Part shown: positions 25,501-36,584 of the stretch, piece after piece
Numbering within the stretch: the stretch's first letter is position 1
How the letters are laid out: every line of letters begins with the position of its first letter
NCBI GenBank assembly: GCA_002633005.1
Contig: NMRA01000152.1
Coordinates: 1 to 64,000 of the forward strand
Origin: Phoronis australis
Lineage: Eukaryota > Animalia > Phoronida
DNA length: 64,000 nucleotides
Direction: 5' to 3'
Made by a program: the position numbers and the translations under genes
The notes under the pieces: model-generated
Seen by the model: the letters and a program-made list of their open reading frames with translations, nothing else
Told to the model about the DNA's origin: nothing
Databases searched by the model: none

Positions 25501-28500
25501 GCCCACCGCATCTCATTCTCGCGTAATTGCCATGGACCATTTGCCGTGCAAGACCTATGCATAATTGTGCAATTTGATGAAATAAAAGAGTGCGAAAGCG
25601 AGTGTACCGTCAATTGCATTTATACTCTTGTTATAGGGACGTGTTTGAGGTGTGCTCCATCTTGATGGCAGAGAGGAGTGTTTCTGTCCCACGCGTGACT
25701 CAAACGAAGGGCTTCATTTATACAAACTTTTTAGAAGAACATTGGTAAACAGAGAGTTAAAAAGCTGAACTATAATTAGCGTGGTAAAATTTCGAAAGGT
25801 CTCTGACGCCCAGAAATTTTCTGTCCAGAAACAGAACAGAGAAACCAAAAAAGTCCAGTCAGCTTTTGAAATGCAGTGTTGATTTTGAATTCGAATTTTT
25901 AAGGACCTACTAGCCGGAACAAGAAAGGCCAAAGGCCATGGTACATTTAACCTTCGTTTGTCACTTCACTTGCATCAGATGTAAAACTGAATCAAGTGTT
26001 ACGGTTTAAGATATTTGATTATGTATGAATTAATTACAACAGTAAACGTTTAGGTCTCAAGCTCACGTTTTGTTGAAGTAAAACTCCAAACCTCCGGACT
26101 GTTGAGCACAGTGATAAGTCTAGCAGCTGCCACATAGCTTGCTTCGTTTACCTTTTCATTCAATCTTAGACGTGCATGTATAACCACGTCCAGAAGGTCT
26201 AACAAAGAAGTGGTTTGACGAAATTGCATGCACGTCCTATTAATACTGCGAGGTACGACGATAGTAGATGTTTGTACAAAAATTGGGAAGGATCTCGACT
26301 TTGTACCTTAAAGCTCCGTGAAGTAGTCGAAGTGAAGCCGAAACTTCAAAGGAGAATACCGTAAACGTTCGGGTTAACGCCCATGCTCAGTTAACCGCCC
26401 ACCCCCCTACTTTAGGTGGATTTTCGATTTAACCGCCCACTGCTCAGTTATGCGCTCCCCTGCGATTTTTGAAGATTTCCAGTTAAGCGCCCACCTCTCG
26501 GTTAAGCGCCCATCCCCGACTTTTAAAGAATGAAGATTTAGCGCCCAGTGCTAAGGAAACGCGCGATTCCCCTACTTGTAGAAGATCGATGATCACAATG
26601 AGCGCAACGACGCCGGGGCCTCCGAGACGGTGGTTTAGCAATGTGAATTACAATACGAGTAACGAGTTATTGTCTAGGGTCATGGACTCACTTCAAAATA
26701 TAATACTTGAACGTTTTTGTCACTTTATTTTCTTCCCATGTTTGCAAAGTTTAAGAACGCCGCCGGCGTCAAAACCTCCGTTTTCAGCGACTTTGTCTGC
26801 CGCGCTGATATTCCGTCTGCAGTGCACTAGATGAAACATATATTCGAAAAAAATCAGAGAAATGTGACAATGGTTTTGCCAACCCTCCAAGTTCTATTAA
26901 GGTGGGAAGCTCTCGTATTTTGAACAAATCTCACAACTCACGGAAAGATGTCAAATACTCAATATTTTAATGAATGTAACTGCGGAGTTATAGATGTGTG
27001 GCAACCGAAGGGACGGTAAAAGTGCCTTACTGGGTTACCGATTTCGTTGCTGCCTATCGATTTCTGAATACAAAGGTTGGCAATAATGTATGTTTGTGTA
27101 TGATCTTGAGGTTATAAAGAACTGCTAGTCAAATTTCGTTTTCCGTTTATTGCATCTCAAACCGGCGTTAGCAGATTTAACTAATGTCGCTGGCTGTCAC
27201 GGTTCTTTACTATTTCTTGCGTCAGCCCCCACGTAAGCGTGACTGTGCGAATTATCGTTTCCACATCCCCTTTTTAGCCATCCAGAATAATTTTGTTTCA
27301 CTCTGATACATTGGCCAGTTTCAGCCTGAGCAAAAATTCTTACCATTCGAGTCTGAAATATCTACGACGTAGACTGACTGAAAATTGGCGATAGTGGGTA
27401 GGAGATGCACGCAGCGACCTACGGGCATGGGCTTAGGGAGCATCGAGCCGGGAAATATCGGAATAGACTTGACATCGCAGTTTTGGGTAACATTGGCAAC
27501 TTAGGAATATCGTAAAGAACTGGGTCTTTAGCCGTANTATTACAAGTGATATAAATAGGATAATCTGGACATCTTGCATGAAAAATAAATGTTTTTCCAC
27601 CACGAAGTTTGGTAAGGTGATCGTTTAGAATAATGAATTGAAACATTGCTGTTTTCTGAAATTTTGTAACATATTTATGCAGTTGCTTGAAATTTTATTC
27701 TTGATCGACGACTGGCTCGACAACCACAATCCTTGTCTTACTTCTTTGCATAGCATGTTTGGCGCAACGGCAAGAGAACAATGCCAGGCTGTCGAGATAA
27801 GACAGCTAGCCGCAGAACCATACGCTGAAAATATCAACGAGTCACGGAGTGTCGACTATAACATCCCAAACACAAAAAACAGCAGAGTTAAGTTTTTCAA
27901 ACTTTTATTACAACCAATTTTAAAACTGCTCTCTTACTCAGAACTTGACAGCTACATATAGTACGAGACTCTAACCATGAATTTGATGTCTGACCTCTGA
28001 AGCTTGCACGCGCGCACTTAAGCAGGGTCACATCTTGAAGCAGTTTTAATTCTAGTGGAGGCTGCATGGTTACTGGTCGTCTGCGCACCGCAGGACGGCA
28101 CGGGGCTATTACTCAGCAGTTTTGTAAATTTAATAGTGAATGTCTAATCTGAGGGCAAGAGAACCTTTGTTGGGATCATCCGCTGTTATGACGTTTTCAC
28201 AGTCATTTGGCGACGTGACGATCAAGCTCTTTGAAAAGGGCTACGCGTTCCGAGTATGATTGTCGTGTCGGGATTTAGATCGCCAGGTAAGATTAACCGC
28301 CCAGGGCGGTTGTCCGTCGTAATAAGCGCCCATGTTCGGTTAACCGCCCATCCCCTACTTTAGGTGGATTTTCGATTTAACCGCCCACTGCTCGGTTAAC
28401 CGCCCTCCCCCGATTTTTTGGATTCGCCAATTTAATCGCCCAGGGCGTTAACCCGAACGATTACGGTAACTCTACTTCACGCCGGCGGGTATTCACGTTC

Positions 28501-29715
28501 AAGAAATGTGTAAACTCTATTCGGTTCATGAATTTATGCGTAATTAGGAACGCTAACACGCCGTAGTAAAAAGAAACAGAAAACGAATAGTTTCATCCAA
28601 ATTATTGACCAATAGTAAGATGGCGCTCCATGTGACGTTAATGCAACGCATGTACATACACAATATGTTTTATTCAAATCACTACGTGTTAAAACATCAT
28701 AGTAGAGAATACAAGTAACTGATTGAATCCGGATATAGATGTTGTATGAGTTAAAGACAAAGAGAGGGAAGTTGTCCTTTTTCGCGCAGCAAACCAACTG
28801 CTGCAAAAGCGAGAGAAAACAAAGCAAAATGAGCTCTTAGAATGTTTAAATAATTTCAATATCGAAATTAAAGTTACAAACATGTACAAAAATATCTACA
28901 AAGGTGTTGTAAAGTTTGTCAAATCTCAGTCCGCAATAGATCAACAAAGTTAGGACTATGGTACTTCCAATACATAGCTACGCGTATGAGCCACTGGTAA
29001 TAGCCAACCATTTGCCAATCCGTCATAACACACTGACAATCCGTAATAAGAGATTGGCAATCCGTATTAAAGATTGCTAATCTATAATTACAGATTGGCA
29101 ATTCTTATTAACAGATTGCCAATTTGTAATTACAGATTGGCAATCCGTAATTACAGATTGACAATAAGATTCAAATTTTGTTTTTTCTTGGCACCAATGG
29201 GCCTTCGTAGTATCCAGAGTCATGGTATGTGTTGATTATAACTCCATGTGCATTATGCATGTTTCGTTCGATTTTATTTGCTGTATTTCGAAATGAGTAG
29301 CTTTTTACGAAGATCGATGTACTATCGCCCCTGTATGCCTATATGCATACCTGGGGCATTCAGGGCGATGTAATTGCCTACCGAACTGGGTACCCGAAAC
29401 GATACCACACTTTCGCTTCCTCCCCCTCTCATGTCTTCACTTGTTCACTACCCCATCGAAACGATCCCTCGTCGCCAATTAAGTTTGCCTACCACCCGAG
29501 ACAACACTTCTCGGCTATATAGGTAAAGGGAAATGGTGCCGGCACCTGTGAGGACAAAAACACCCACCCTGGCTACTGAGGCAGCGTAAGGCTCATCCTT
29601 ACAAATTAATCCTTCCACTGCCACCTTCTGCCATAGTTGTGCTCCGATGCACACACGTACACTTACCGCTAATTCCAGCGCCCACAACAGCGACGTCGCA
29701 TTTCTCAGTGGCCAT
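10377..29715 (-). CDS. MAO: Monoamine oxidase (MAO-A/B-like flavin amine oxidase), 13 coding exons; frameshift in exon 9 in this sequence (young pseudogene, null allele or assembly error)
   Basis: Exons 29667-29715, 21500-21735, 20809-20913, 19650-19741, 18495-18636, 17547-17607, 16474-16722, 16139-16235, 15819-15922, 14338-14435, 11986-12097, 11648-11710, 10377-10562. All have AG acceptors and GT (one GC) donors, with matching phases except across exon 9/10. Motifs: [62 protein letters not shown] (FAD-linked Cys), [24 protein letters not shown]-terminal hydrophobic anchor. Summed length 1594 nt (1602 with 8 nt restored = 533 aa). Confidence 0.93.
11088..11201. mobile_element. Short MITE family (CGTTCAGTAACGCTAGGACCT TIR); copies also at 22941-23090 and 52658-52783
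   Basis: Three ~120-150 bp copies sharing aaaagcaagact..gcgagattacg..gagatatt and taggtcctagcg..actgaacg. Confidence 0.78.
11648..11710 (-). CDS. MAO: MAO exon 12 ([21 protein letters not shown]), GC donor
   Basis: aacag acceptor, AAG|GCAAGT donor, 63 nt; matches [21 protein letters not shown]. Confidence 0.85.
11986..12097 (-). CDS. MAO: MAO exon 11 ([37 protein letters not shown])
   Basis: ttccag / GTACAC, 112 nt. Confidence 0.93.
13290..14230. mobile_element. Subrepeat-bearing element (Helentron/HINE-like), related to 50050-51305
   Basis: Degenerate ~130-160 bp units with atttcatgaa / gccactagg / aatccg motifs. Confidence 0.5.
14338..14435 (-). CDS. MAO: MAO exon 10 ([32 protein letters not shown])
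   Basis: ttctag / GTATAG, 98 nt; covalent-FAD GGCY motif. Confidence 0.93.
15060..15490 (+). mobile_element. Penelope-like element 3' fragment (GIY-YIG endonuclease)
   Basis: [12 protein letters not shown] / [37 protein letters not shown] followed by a hammerhead motif. Confidence 0.85.
15449..15485 (+). ncRNA. Minimal type I hammerhead ribozyme (Penelope-associated)
   Basis: atc-CTGATGA-t-GTCT-catgaat-AGAC-GAAAC-GTT-gat: catalytic core, 4-bp stem II, palindromic stem III, short stem I. Confidence 0.65.
15819..15922 (-). CDS. MAO: MAO exon 9, frameshifted ([26 protein letters not shown] / LGIQELEE)
   Basis: tacag / GTAAGT, 104 nt where 112 is needed; MAO homology switches frame near 15843. 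Confidence 0.85.
16139..16235 (-). CDS. MAO: MAO exon 8 ([32 protein letters not shown])
   Basis: tgtag / GTAAGA, 97 nt; KPDGS motif. Confidence 0.9.
16474..16722 (-). CDS. MAO: MAO exon 7 (EMIRLRHVV...[20 protein letters not shown])
   Basis: ttccag / GTTTGT, 249 nt. Confidence 0.92.
17547..17607 (-). CDS. MAO: MAO exon 6 ([20 protein letters not shown])
   Basis: cag / GTATTG, 61 nt. Confidence 0.9.
18495..18636 (-). CDS. MAO: MAO exon 5 ([47 protein letters not shown])
   Basis: cag / GTGAGA, 142 nt. Confidence 0.92.
18737..18906. repeat. 81-bp near-perfect inverted repeat with 8-nt loop in MAO intron 4
   Basis: Arms 18737-18817 and 18826-18906, one mismatch, A8 spacer. Confidence 0.93.
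19650..19741 (-). CDS. MAO: MAO exon 4 ([30 protein letters not shown])
   Basis: cag / GTACGT, 92 nt. Confidence 0.92.
20652..20743. repeat. Tiny hairpin/MITE-like element
   Basis: CTGTGCATGTGCAAACTTCAGTCAT ... ATGACTGAAGTCTGCACATGCGCAG. Confidence 0.7.
20809..20913 (-). CDS. MAO: MAO exon 3 ([35 protein letters not shown])
   Basis: tttcag acceptor, GTAGAA donor, 105 nt; matches MAO [26 protein letters not shown]. Confidence 0.9.
21500..21735 (-). CDS. MAO: MAO exon 2 (GLCCAKLL...[10 protein letters not shown]...YRRN)
   Basis: tttccag acceptor, GTAAG donor, 236 nt. Confidence 0.93.
24468..24650. repeat. 21-bp tandem array (caatctgtaattacggattgc)n
   Basis: ~8-9 degenerate units; reverse-complement array at 29010-29165. 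Confidence 0.9.
26359..28466. mobile_element. Non-autonomous Tc1/mariner(pogo)-type element nested in the IS3EU-like element
   Basis: TA TSDs; TIR CCGTAAACGTTCGGGTTAACGCCC / GGGCGTTAACCCGAACGATTACGG; subterminal ttaaccgccc repeats. Confidence 0.88.
29667..29715 (-). CDS. MAO: MAO exon 1 ([17 protein letters not shown])
   Basis: ATG at 29715, GxGxxG start, donor G|GTAAG, phase 1 joins exon 2. Confidence 0.88.
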
Positions 29716-30264
29716 TCGATGAAGTTTTTTATCAATGACCCCACTAGAATTGTATAATGGGAACTAATTGAAGGTCAATGTCAATGATATAAATATAGCT
29801 ATGTATATAGCTCATTGGTCAAAGTGTCGGGAGGGTATGCACCCTCTAACACAGCGCCACCTATACTGAGAAATGGCCTTGTGGAAACTTAATGAACGAC
29901 GCACGGAATTCTGTGTGTGTGGGCATCAATGCGGCATGCTTGGTCGGAAGTTTGCCGATCACATCGCCACCACTTGAACACTCCTTTTATGCACTATACC
30001 TGTTTGGGCTTAAAGACAGCGTAAAATGAGCCAACAGCCTTTTAGAAATCTTAAATACGTGTACTTTTATGCAACATATCTTTGTTTCGTTTTATTACAC
30101 ACAACCGCTAATTAATTTCTACACATTTTATGTCCTCCACATTATGTGCCCCCATCAGAAACCCCTTTCATTTTCTTGACCTATCACAGTGAACTTGTGT
30201 ATTGACATCATCTTAGACTAGCACATTACCGCACTAACCACAAAGTGAACAGCTGATCGCCTCT

Positions 30265-33200
30265 CACCCCGGCCAACCCGCGATCGAGAACTACCGGAAA
30301 GCGATCGAGAACGAGACCTTGCACCAAAACTGGGAGACGACAGTGACGTACCCGGTGAGTTTAAGTGTCATTTTCTGCTAAATAGAGGCCACTTTGGTAC
30401 GAATGCTACACACAGAAAAGCGTCAGAGCGTAACCTTTGTTGTGGATCTGAAATAATACTTGGCTTTTGCTTATGTTTTAAAATAAAGAGCTCAGAAAGC
30501 AATGGCTTTCGGTAAAATGCCTTGCGCATCGTAAAATCGACAATTTCTACTTGTTATTAGCAATTCCAGGGTTCTCAAGAAGAGACGTTTGACGTTTATA
30601 GTTCAATCGTCCCTGGTGACGCCTTTGTTAGTTATGATTTGTGAAACAATTTGAGATATTTACCAATAAAAGCAGGTTCTTGTGTAAGACGGCGATCGGG
30701 AACAAAGTCGTTTATTCTCTGGCGATCGTGAACGCTAAAAGCGATCGTGAACGCACATTTTTTTCTCTGCATTGGCCTGAATAGTCCTTCAAGTTACTGT
30801 ATTATGTCAATAATTTTAGAATAATTCGGAGCCTGAATTAGTCGATGGGTTGATTATTAATTACATTTCATCGTTTTTTCATGATTTCAAAATAAGATTT
30901 AGCCAAACAAACATAACTGAATGCGTTTGATGTTTTTCAGTTGAATTGCAGCCACACGAGGAGTCCTTCAGGGTGTTAACGTCCACGGCTTCAAGAAAGA
31001 GTAGTACAACTGCTGCATGTCACAAAAGAGTGTGTGTGTGTATTGTGGAGCCTCTTTCAGGAACTGAGAAATCGACTTAGTATGACCACATGGCAATAAA
31101 ACACAGTGACACTACAACAAGCAAGACCTTTACCAGCCCTGTGATTGACGCGTTGCATGCGTCAAGAGTTTTTTACCAATATAGTAAAACACAGCATGAA
31201 GCATTGTGCTCAGGAACCAATTAGTCGATTCAGTGTCCTATCTGTGACCAATTTTTCACGGAAAGAGTGAGCCTGATGCGACACTGCGCCACAGCACGAG
31301 GACACTCCTTTTTGTGGTGAATGTGTCATGTCATGCAAACAGTATGTCTCCTTCTACAGGCATAGCAAGCCGAAACGTCATGAATGAAATCATTAAGTCC
31401 AGTGGTGAAGGTTGTTAAGTCATAATTAATTCAGATTTACAGAGTTTGTGGTTGGTACTTGTCTGATGTGATAGTATTTTGACGTTTTGTTTTTATCTTT
31501 TTTCCTCAAGTTTCTTTCTATATTTGTGTTATTTCAAAAAGATCTTTAACAGAACCAGTACATTTTTGTAGTGTTGAGGTAGATTTAAATGGGCATACTA
31601 AGTGCCATTGGGCAATACTTACATACAATTTTTCTGACCAATTAGTATTTTAAAAGAAAATATATGTCTATGATTATTGTAGAAATTGCTTTCATATTGT
31701 TATTGATTTCCTAGTGAGAGATTATTATACTATCAATCAGTCCTAATTACATTGTCTGATTCAGTGACGATTAGTCTAATACATTCCAAAAGTAATTCGT
31801 TGGAAATGTTCAATGGATTTGTAATGTTGATTTTCCTAAAGCAATATTTTATATATTTTTGTAAGACCAAGTTTGAGATATGTGTGATAAAAGATTAATA
31901 TTATAATAGAAATGCTATAATATTGTTGTTGATTTCCTATATAAATCACTTCAGTGTCTAGTTGAAGTGACGTTGACATGTTGACTACGTTTTGAGAAAA
32001 TCACAATATAGTACGTGTATTATAACTCTCAATCTTTTTCAACGTCACATTAAACTCGAGATCATGAACTGATGATGCAGGTGAACTTAGGACCAAGACT
32101 ACAAAACAGAAGAGTCAAACACAAAGTACATTCAAGCCACACGGGTGCCAAAAGTCAATCTGAATCAATGTTATCAATAAAACATCAAGTAAAATCCCAC
32201 CCTTTTATCAGCATTGACACCAATTTACACAACTTCTGGCCAATTTTTAGATCCCAGACGTTTATGAGTGGGAATCTTTGAATCATCTCGTTAGTGTTGC
32301 TGCACTCTCCTCTCTCTCCCCATGGGCAAGCCCATCATCATTCTTTGACTTCACTGGCTATTTGTTTTTTTTTTCGTTTTGCTGTCACAATTCTAGAAGA
32401 AGATTCTACACTCGCTTTCATCTGCTGCAACAATTTGTTTACCCCTGTCTGACATCCCACATGGAACAACTGCTGGGTGAGTCTTCAGTTTAGAACCCCT
32501 TGTTCTCAGTTGATGTCTGTATTTCAAAACCCTGGTAGGATGAACCTTCACGTCGTGGGTAACAATTTTTGTTCGTTGAAGCTCGCCTCACAATAACAAT
32601 GAACTCGTTTCCTGCAATGAAAATAAATTAGTTTGTGAAACTAAAATTATGCTTGATGTACATGTAGTGCTCATGGAAATTTAATGGAAATGATTATGCT
32701 ATGTTGTTGTTCAGTTTTGATACAAAAGTAACAGAGTAACGACACAAAATGTGATTAATTCATTGCATGGCACTTATTTTGTAACCTTTTTCACGTTTTA
32801 AAGTTCATTACTATTCCACACACCACGATGCCTTCCCCCCAATCGCGTAAACAAACACAAATTTATGTTTCCGATCGCTTATCGTTGCGTTCTCGATCGC
32901 ATCTTTCAACAGAAAAGTGTCGAAAAATCAGAGATCCTGACAAAACTACAAAAAATAAGCGTTGCGTTATATTTTCACACGTCATTTCTTCATAATTCCA
33001 TTGTCAATTTATTGCCAAAAATAACGGTAATTTGCCAAAATGACATACAAATTACCTTCGTCTCATGCAATGCCTCGGTCAACGTAACTTTTATCCTATA
33101 ATTGGAAGAGACACTAGCCTAAACCTCTACCTGCCCTTCCTCAATGTGTTACGTCTGAACTCATGTCTCTGTTTTCACATTCGAAGGGAAAACAACGAGA

Positions 33201-33299
33201 ATTCGTCAAATTTACTCACCTTGCCTGGCTTCGCTTCTCGCACCAAATTTCGTTCTCGATCGCCTTCCGGTCGTTCTCGATCGCGGGTTGGCTGGGGTG
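30265..33299. mobile_element. 3.0-kb CAC...GTG DNA transposon with 5-bp TSD (Transib-like ends) carrying C2H2 zinc-finger remnants
   Basis: ~50-bp TIR CACCCC(G/A)GCCAACCCGCGATCGAGAAC..GCGATCGAGAACGA; TSD CCTCT on both sides; CVYCGASF, CPICDQFFTERVSLMRHC, CGECVMSCKQYVSFYRH at ~31015-31385. Confidence 0.85.
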
Positions 33300-33733
33300 C
33301 CTCTAGGGTCATTCAAAATTTGACTAATTTGCTCAAGGAAAGTCATCAATTAGAAACATCACCAACTTTAGGCACGAACGTCGATTGACAACGCTATTAC
33401 TAACCAAAGAAATCGCTTCAGGTACAACACTCTTCCAACCCAACACAATGAACGTCGGCGTAGATCTGTGATGGGGCGTTATCGATTCACTCACGGCAAA
33501 CCAAATTTCGAAAAATTTGCACCCGTGTAAAATGCCATACAACAGCTACGTTTCGAACTAAATCTGGCAACAGTAAACTTACCGAACTCTGTGGTGGGAA
33601 ACAGATTCCTGGTTATCCACTAACAATATCCTCGACAACAAATCACTGGTACTGGTCGGTCCCATTTTTTGCGCATAAGGTCCCGTTATACGATCGTGAC
33701 GTAGAGATGTCGACAATTAACGGTGTGTGTGAA

Positions 33734-33979
33734 CATGTGCGCACCCAGGGGGGGGGGGCTAAGGGGGCCCACTATTTGGCGAAATGGGAAAAAGGGCCGC
33801 CTCAGAAAAAGAAAAACTTCGAGAAATCAGACAAAAGTCCACTAAAATGGCGCGAATATACAATTTATAGCTCTGATCGTGGTACCACGTTTTCTTATTC
33901 CCCCGTATTTTTTGTTAGCAAAAGGTCCACATTCTCAAAAATTCGAGCCTCCCTATATTTTAGGTTGGGTGCGCGCATG
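33734..33979. mobile_element. MITE, CATG termini, 5-bp TSD; related copy ~58786-59045
   Basis: CATGTGCGCACCC / GGGTGCGCGCATG flanked by GTGAA. Confidence 0.82.
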
Positions 33980-35373
33980 GTGAATGTACGTTTTGTTTTT
34001 TGCCAAAAAACAAAATGTGAACATGACATCCCTTGGTGATTACTTGCCAAACGATCGTCATAACTTGTCTAGCAGCAGAGTAATCATAAGGTGACAAGAA
34101 ATTTTCAAACCCTCGTTTCTGGGACAGCACGCGCGACATATGTATGAGCCGTCTGTCACTCACATGTTGTTCCCAATGTATCGTGTTCTCCAGCGGTTCA
34201 AGGTTGGGAACTTAGACGTGCACACCACACACCCAAGTCGCACATAAAACAGAACGGCGACAGTTCTCACTAAAACAGTGTACCGGCTTGGTTCGAGTAA
34301 GTGTCTGGGTGTTGCATACCTAGCTACTCGAATGCAAGTGACGGTTTGATAGCGCTGACTCAACTTTAGCCCTGTAGCACATTCTTTGAACTCAACATCT
34401 CGAAAGGGTGTACTTACAAAACCCCTATGTGAATGTCAGGTAGCACGGCTTTGGGTACACTTTAGAGGCACGCACTGGCAAATGTCTGCAGCCAGCATGT
34501 CAATGAGTTGTGCTATGACGGGGACGCCGTATTTCCCTGACTTCAAATCATAAAACGCCTTGTGCAATTGGTCTTTTACATCGAACAATAGTTAAAAAAT
34601 GACAACCTATTCATTGCGCCAACTTTGTCGGTCCTTTTTATTCATTAATATTTTGCCCCCACCTCAGTCGTTTGGACTTTCTTGTGGGTCTCAGTAATCG
34701 GCGTGATCAGAATTCATAAGTAGTCTACACAAGACCGCTGAGGAAGCAATCATTGAATAATTATTTGATTTTGATTCTTTTGCTACAGGATTTAATATAC
34801 AAGTAACAAAAAACAAAACGTTCTGACCCTCCGGTATGAAGAGAAAGAGAACTCGGAATGACTTCCAAATTATAGCACCGAGCTGGAGAGGTATCGGAAT
34901 GATCAAACATCGGAGCAGAGGCATTTTGAGCCGAGGGAACGTTTAGACGACAGAACATAAGGGCAAGGGAATATTGGACATGAAAAACAACGATAGCTTA
35001 CTTCGGATCGTTGGGACAGGTGAACATCAGTTGGGGGAATTGTGGGTAACGAGAATACGGGTAATTACAAGTATCGGTGGTATGGACCCGGAAAAAGGCT
35101 AGAAAACATTTCTGAAAAAAGGGAAAAAATACCTTAAAACTGAAGTTCAAATGAAATTTTGCTATGTCAATGAAATACATTTTGGGAGTTTTCGCCATAT
35201 TGTATTTTGAAGAAGTTGCTGAAGGGTTGTGGTATCAACATAAGCCAATTTCATGCAAACTTTAGAACTCTGAAAAGGTCAGCATGAATGTTCAAAAATT
35301 ATTAAATCTACCTTTCTGGAGAGCACATATTTTTACTATCACGTAAAATTAAACAAATGTGATATATATTAAA

Positions 35374-35394
35374 TGTGTGAGTGTGTGCGTGCAT

Positions 35395-35444
<50 letters not shown>
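35374..35444. repeat. (TG)n microsatellite
   Basis: Over 20 perfect TG units plus degenerate flank. Confidence 0.95.
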
Positions 35445-35448
<4 letters not shown>

Positions 35449-36232
35449 GTAAAAAGAAACACAGTTCTTCATTCGACTGCATACCACGGTAAAATACTTT
35501 ATGAATGCAAACACAATGTACCGTTTCACATAGCTTGGTCTGATGTAGTATTATATGTTTTAGGATATCGTACAAACTGAGCTGAAAATCAAATTATGAC
35601 TCCACTTAATGGGTGAAGCAATGATTCAATTGATTTAAATTTAATCTAACTGACAAAATCATAATATAAAATACATAATAATTGATCAATAAACAACCTT
35701 TGACAACAATATTTGGCGACACAAATAAGATGTCCACGTGTTCATTTCATCAGGTTCTTTTTGGAAAGCAAGACGATCTGCAACACTAGGTACATGTTAT
35801 TTTCCAGAGGTTGTCGAAATGAAACGATATAAGAAAATGCGATTTCTGTGCAGAGCTAGAGCTTTGTAATGCTAGCAGGATATTTTAAATTTGATATATG
35901 CAAGTGTTTTTCAAAAAGCCACAGCTTATGCGGTTCGAACACATCAGACAAACAATGCTATTTTCATGAAGAGTATGCCTATTTATAAAGGATATATTGC
36001 ACTCATTGTGACTGTTCTCGTCAAAGGTCGCGTTCTGTGGACTTATTAAGCAATCTATTAATTATCAGATTAAGAATCATCATCTGATTTAGATAACAGC
36101 TGCAGATTGTGACTTTATGGCTTAGTACAATTTTGTTATGCATTCTCCAATACTAAAATGGCTACACACCGGGTTCGACATACTGACTGAAGCTTTTTGA
36201 AGGTTGGACATTGAAGACGAGCGAAGAAAGGA

Positions 36233-36584
36233 ATGATTTCTAGCGGCCATTGGTCTTATGAATCATTTGTCCCGCGGTCGGGCCAGTTTTCATCAGATTT
36301 CTCAGATAGTGTGCGCACCAGCAGTGCATCAACCAGCACTGATGGTGATGAGGAAAGAAATTCCGACTCTCCTGAGCTATGGTCTGACTCGTTTAGTAAG
36401 AGTGCACCGTCTGATGTCAGTGAATACCAACGATATTATGGGAAAAGCGTTTTCTGTCTGCTATCGCTCGTGGTAGCTTTTGAACACTTGGCCTATTTCA
36501 ACATTTTTCACGTATTGGTGTTTGAATTACGACATGATAATCACTTCGTTGACAAATTACCAAAGTATGCGATAGGATTTATTG
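36233..36584 (+). CDS. SLC15-like exon 1 (Ser/acidic N-tail + TM1)
   Basis: ATG 36233; donor G|GTAAGT; VVAFEHLAYFNI aligns to the ExxERFxYY region. Confidence 0.78.

Larger units (their letters stand above)
24468..29209 (+). mobile_element. Decayed IS3EU-like (integrase-core DDE) DNA transposon in MAO intron 1
   Basis: Broken ORF ~24700-25800: [70 protein letters not shown]. Inverted subterminal 21-bp arrays at 24468-24650 and 29010-29165; right end reads TACGAAGGCCC... on the minus strand; left terminus not found. Confidence 0.72.

Noticed and set aside
35308-35580. His-Thr / Val-Cys repeat ORFs
   Set aside because: Translations of the (TG)n microsatellite.
36158-36232. Selenocysteine or readthrough N-terminal extension via two in-frame TGA codons
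   Set aside because: No SECIS recognised and no family precedent; a plain uORF is the simpler reading.
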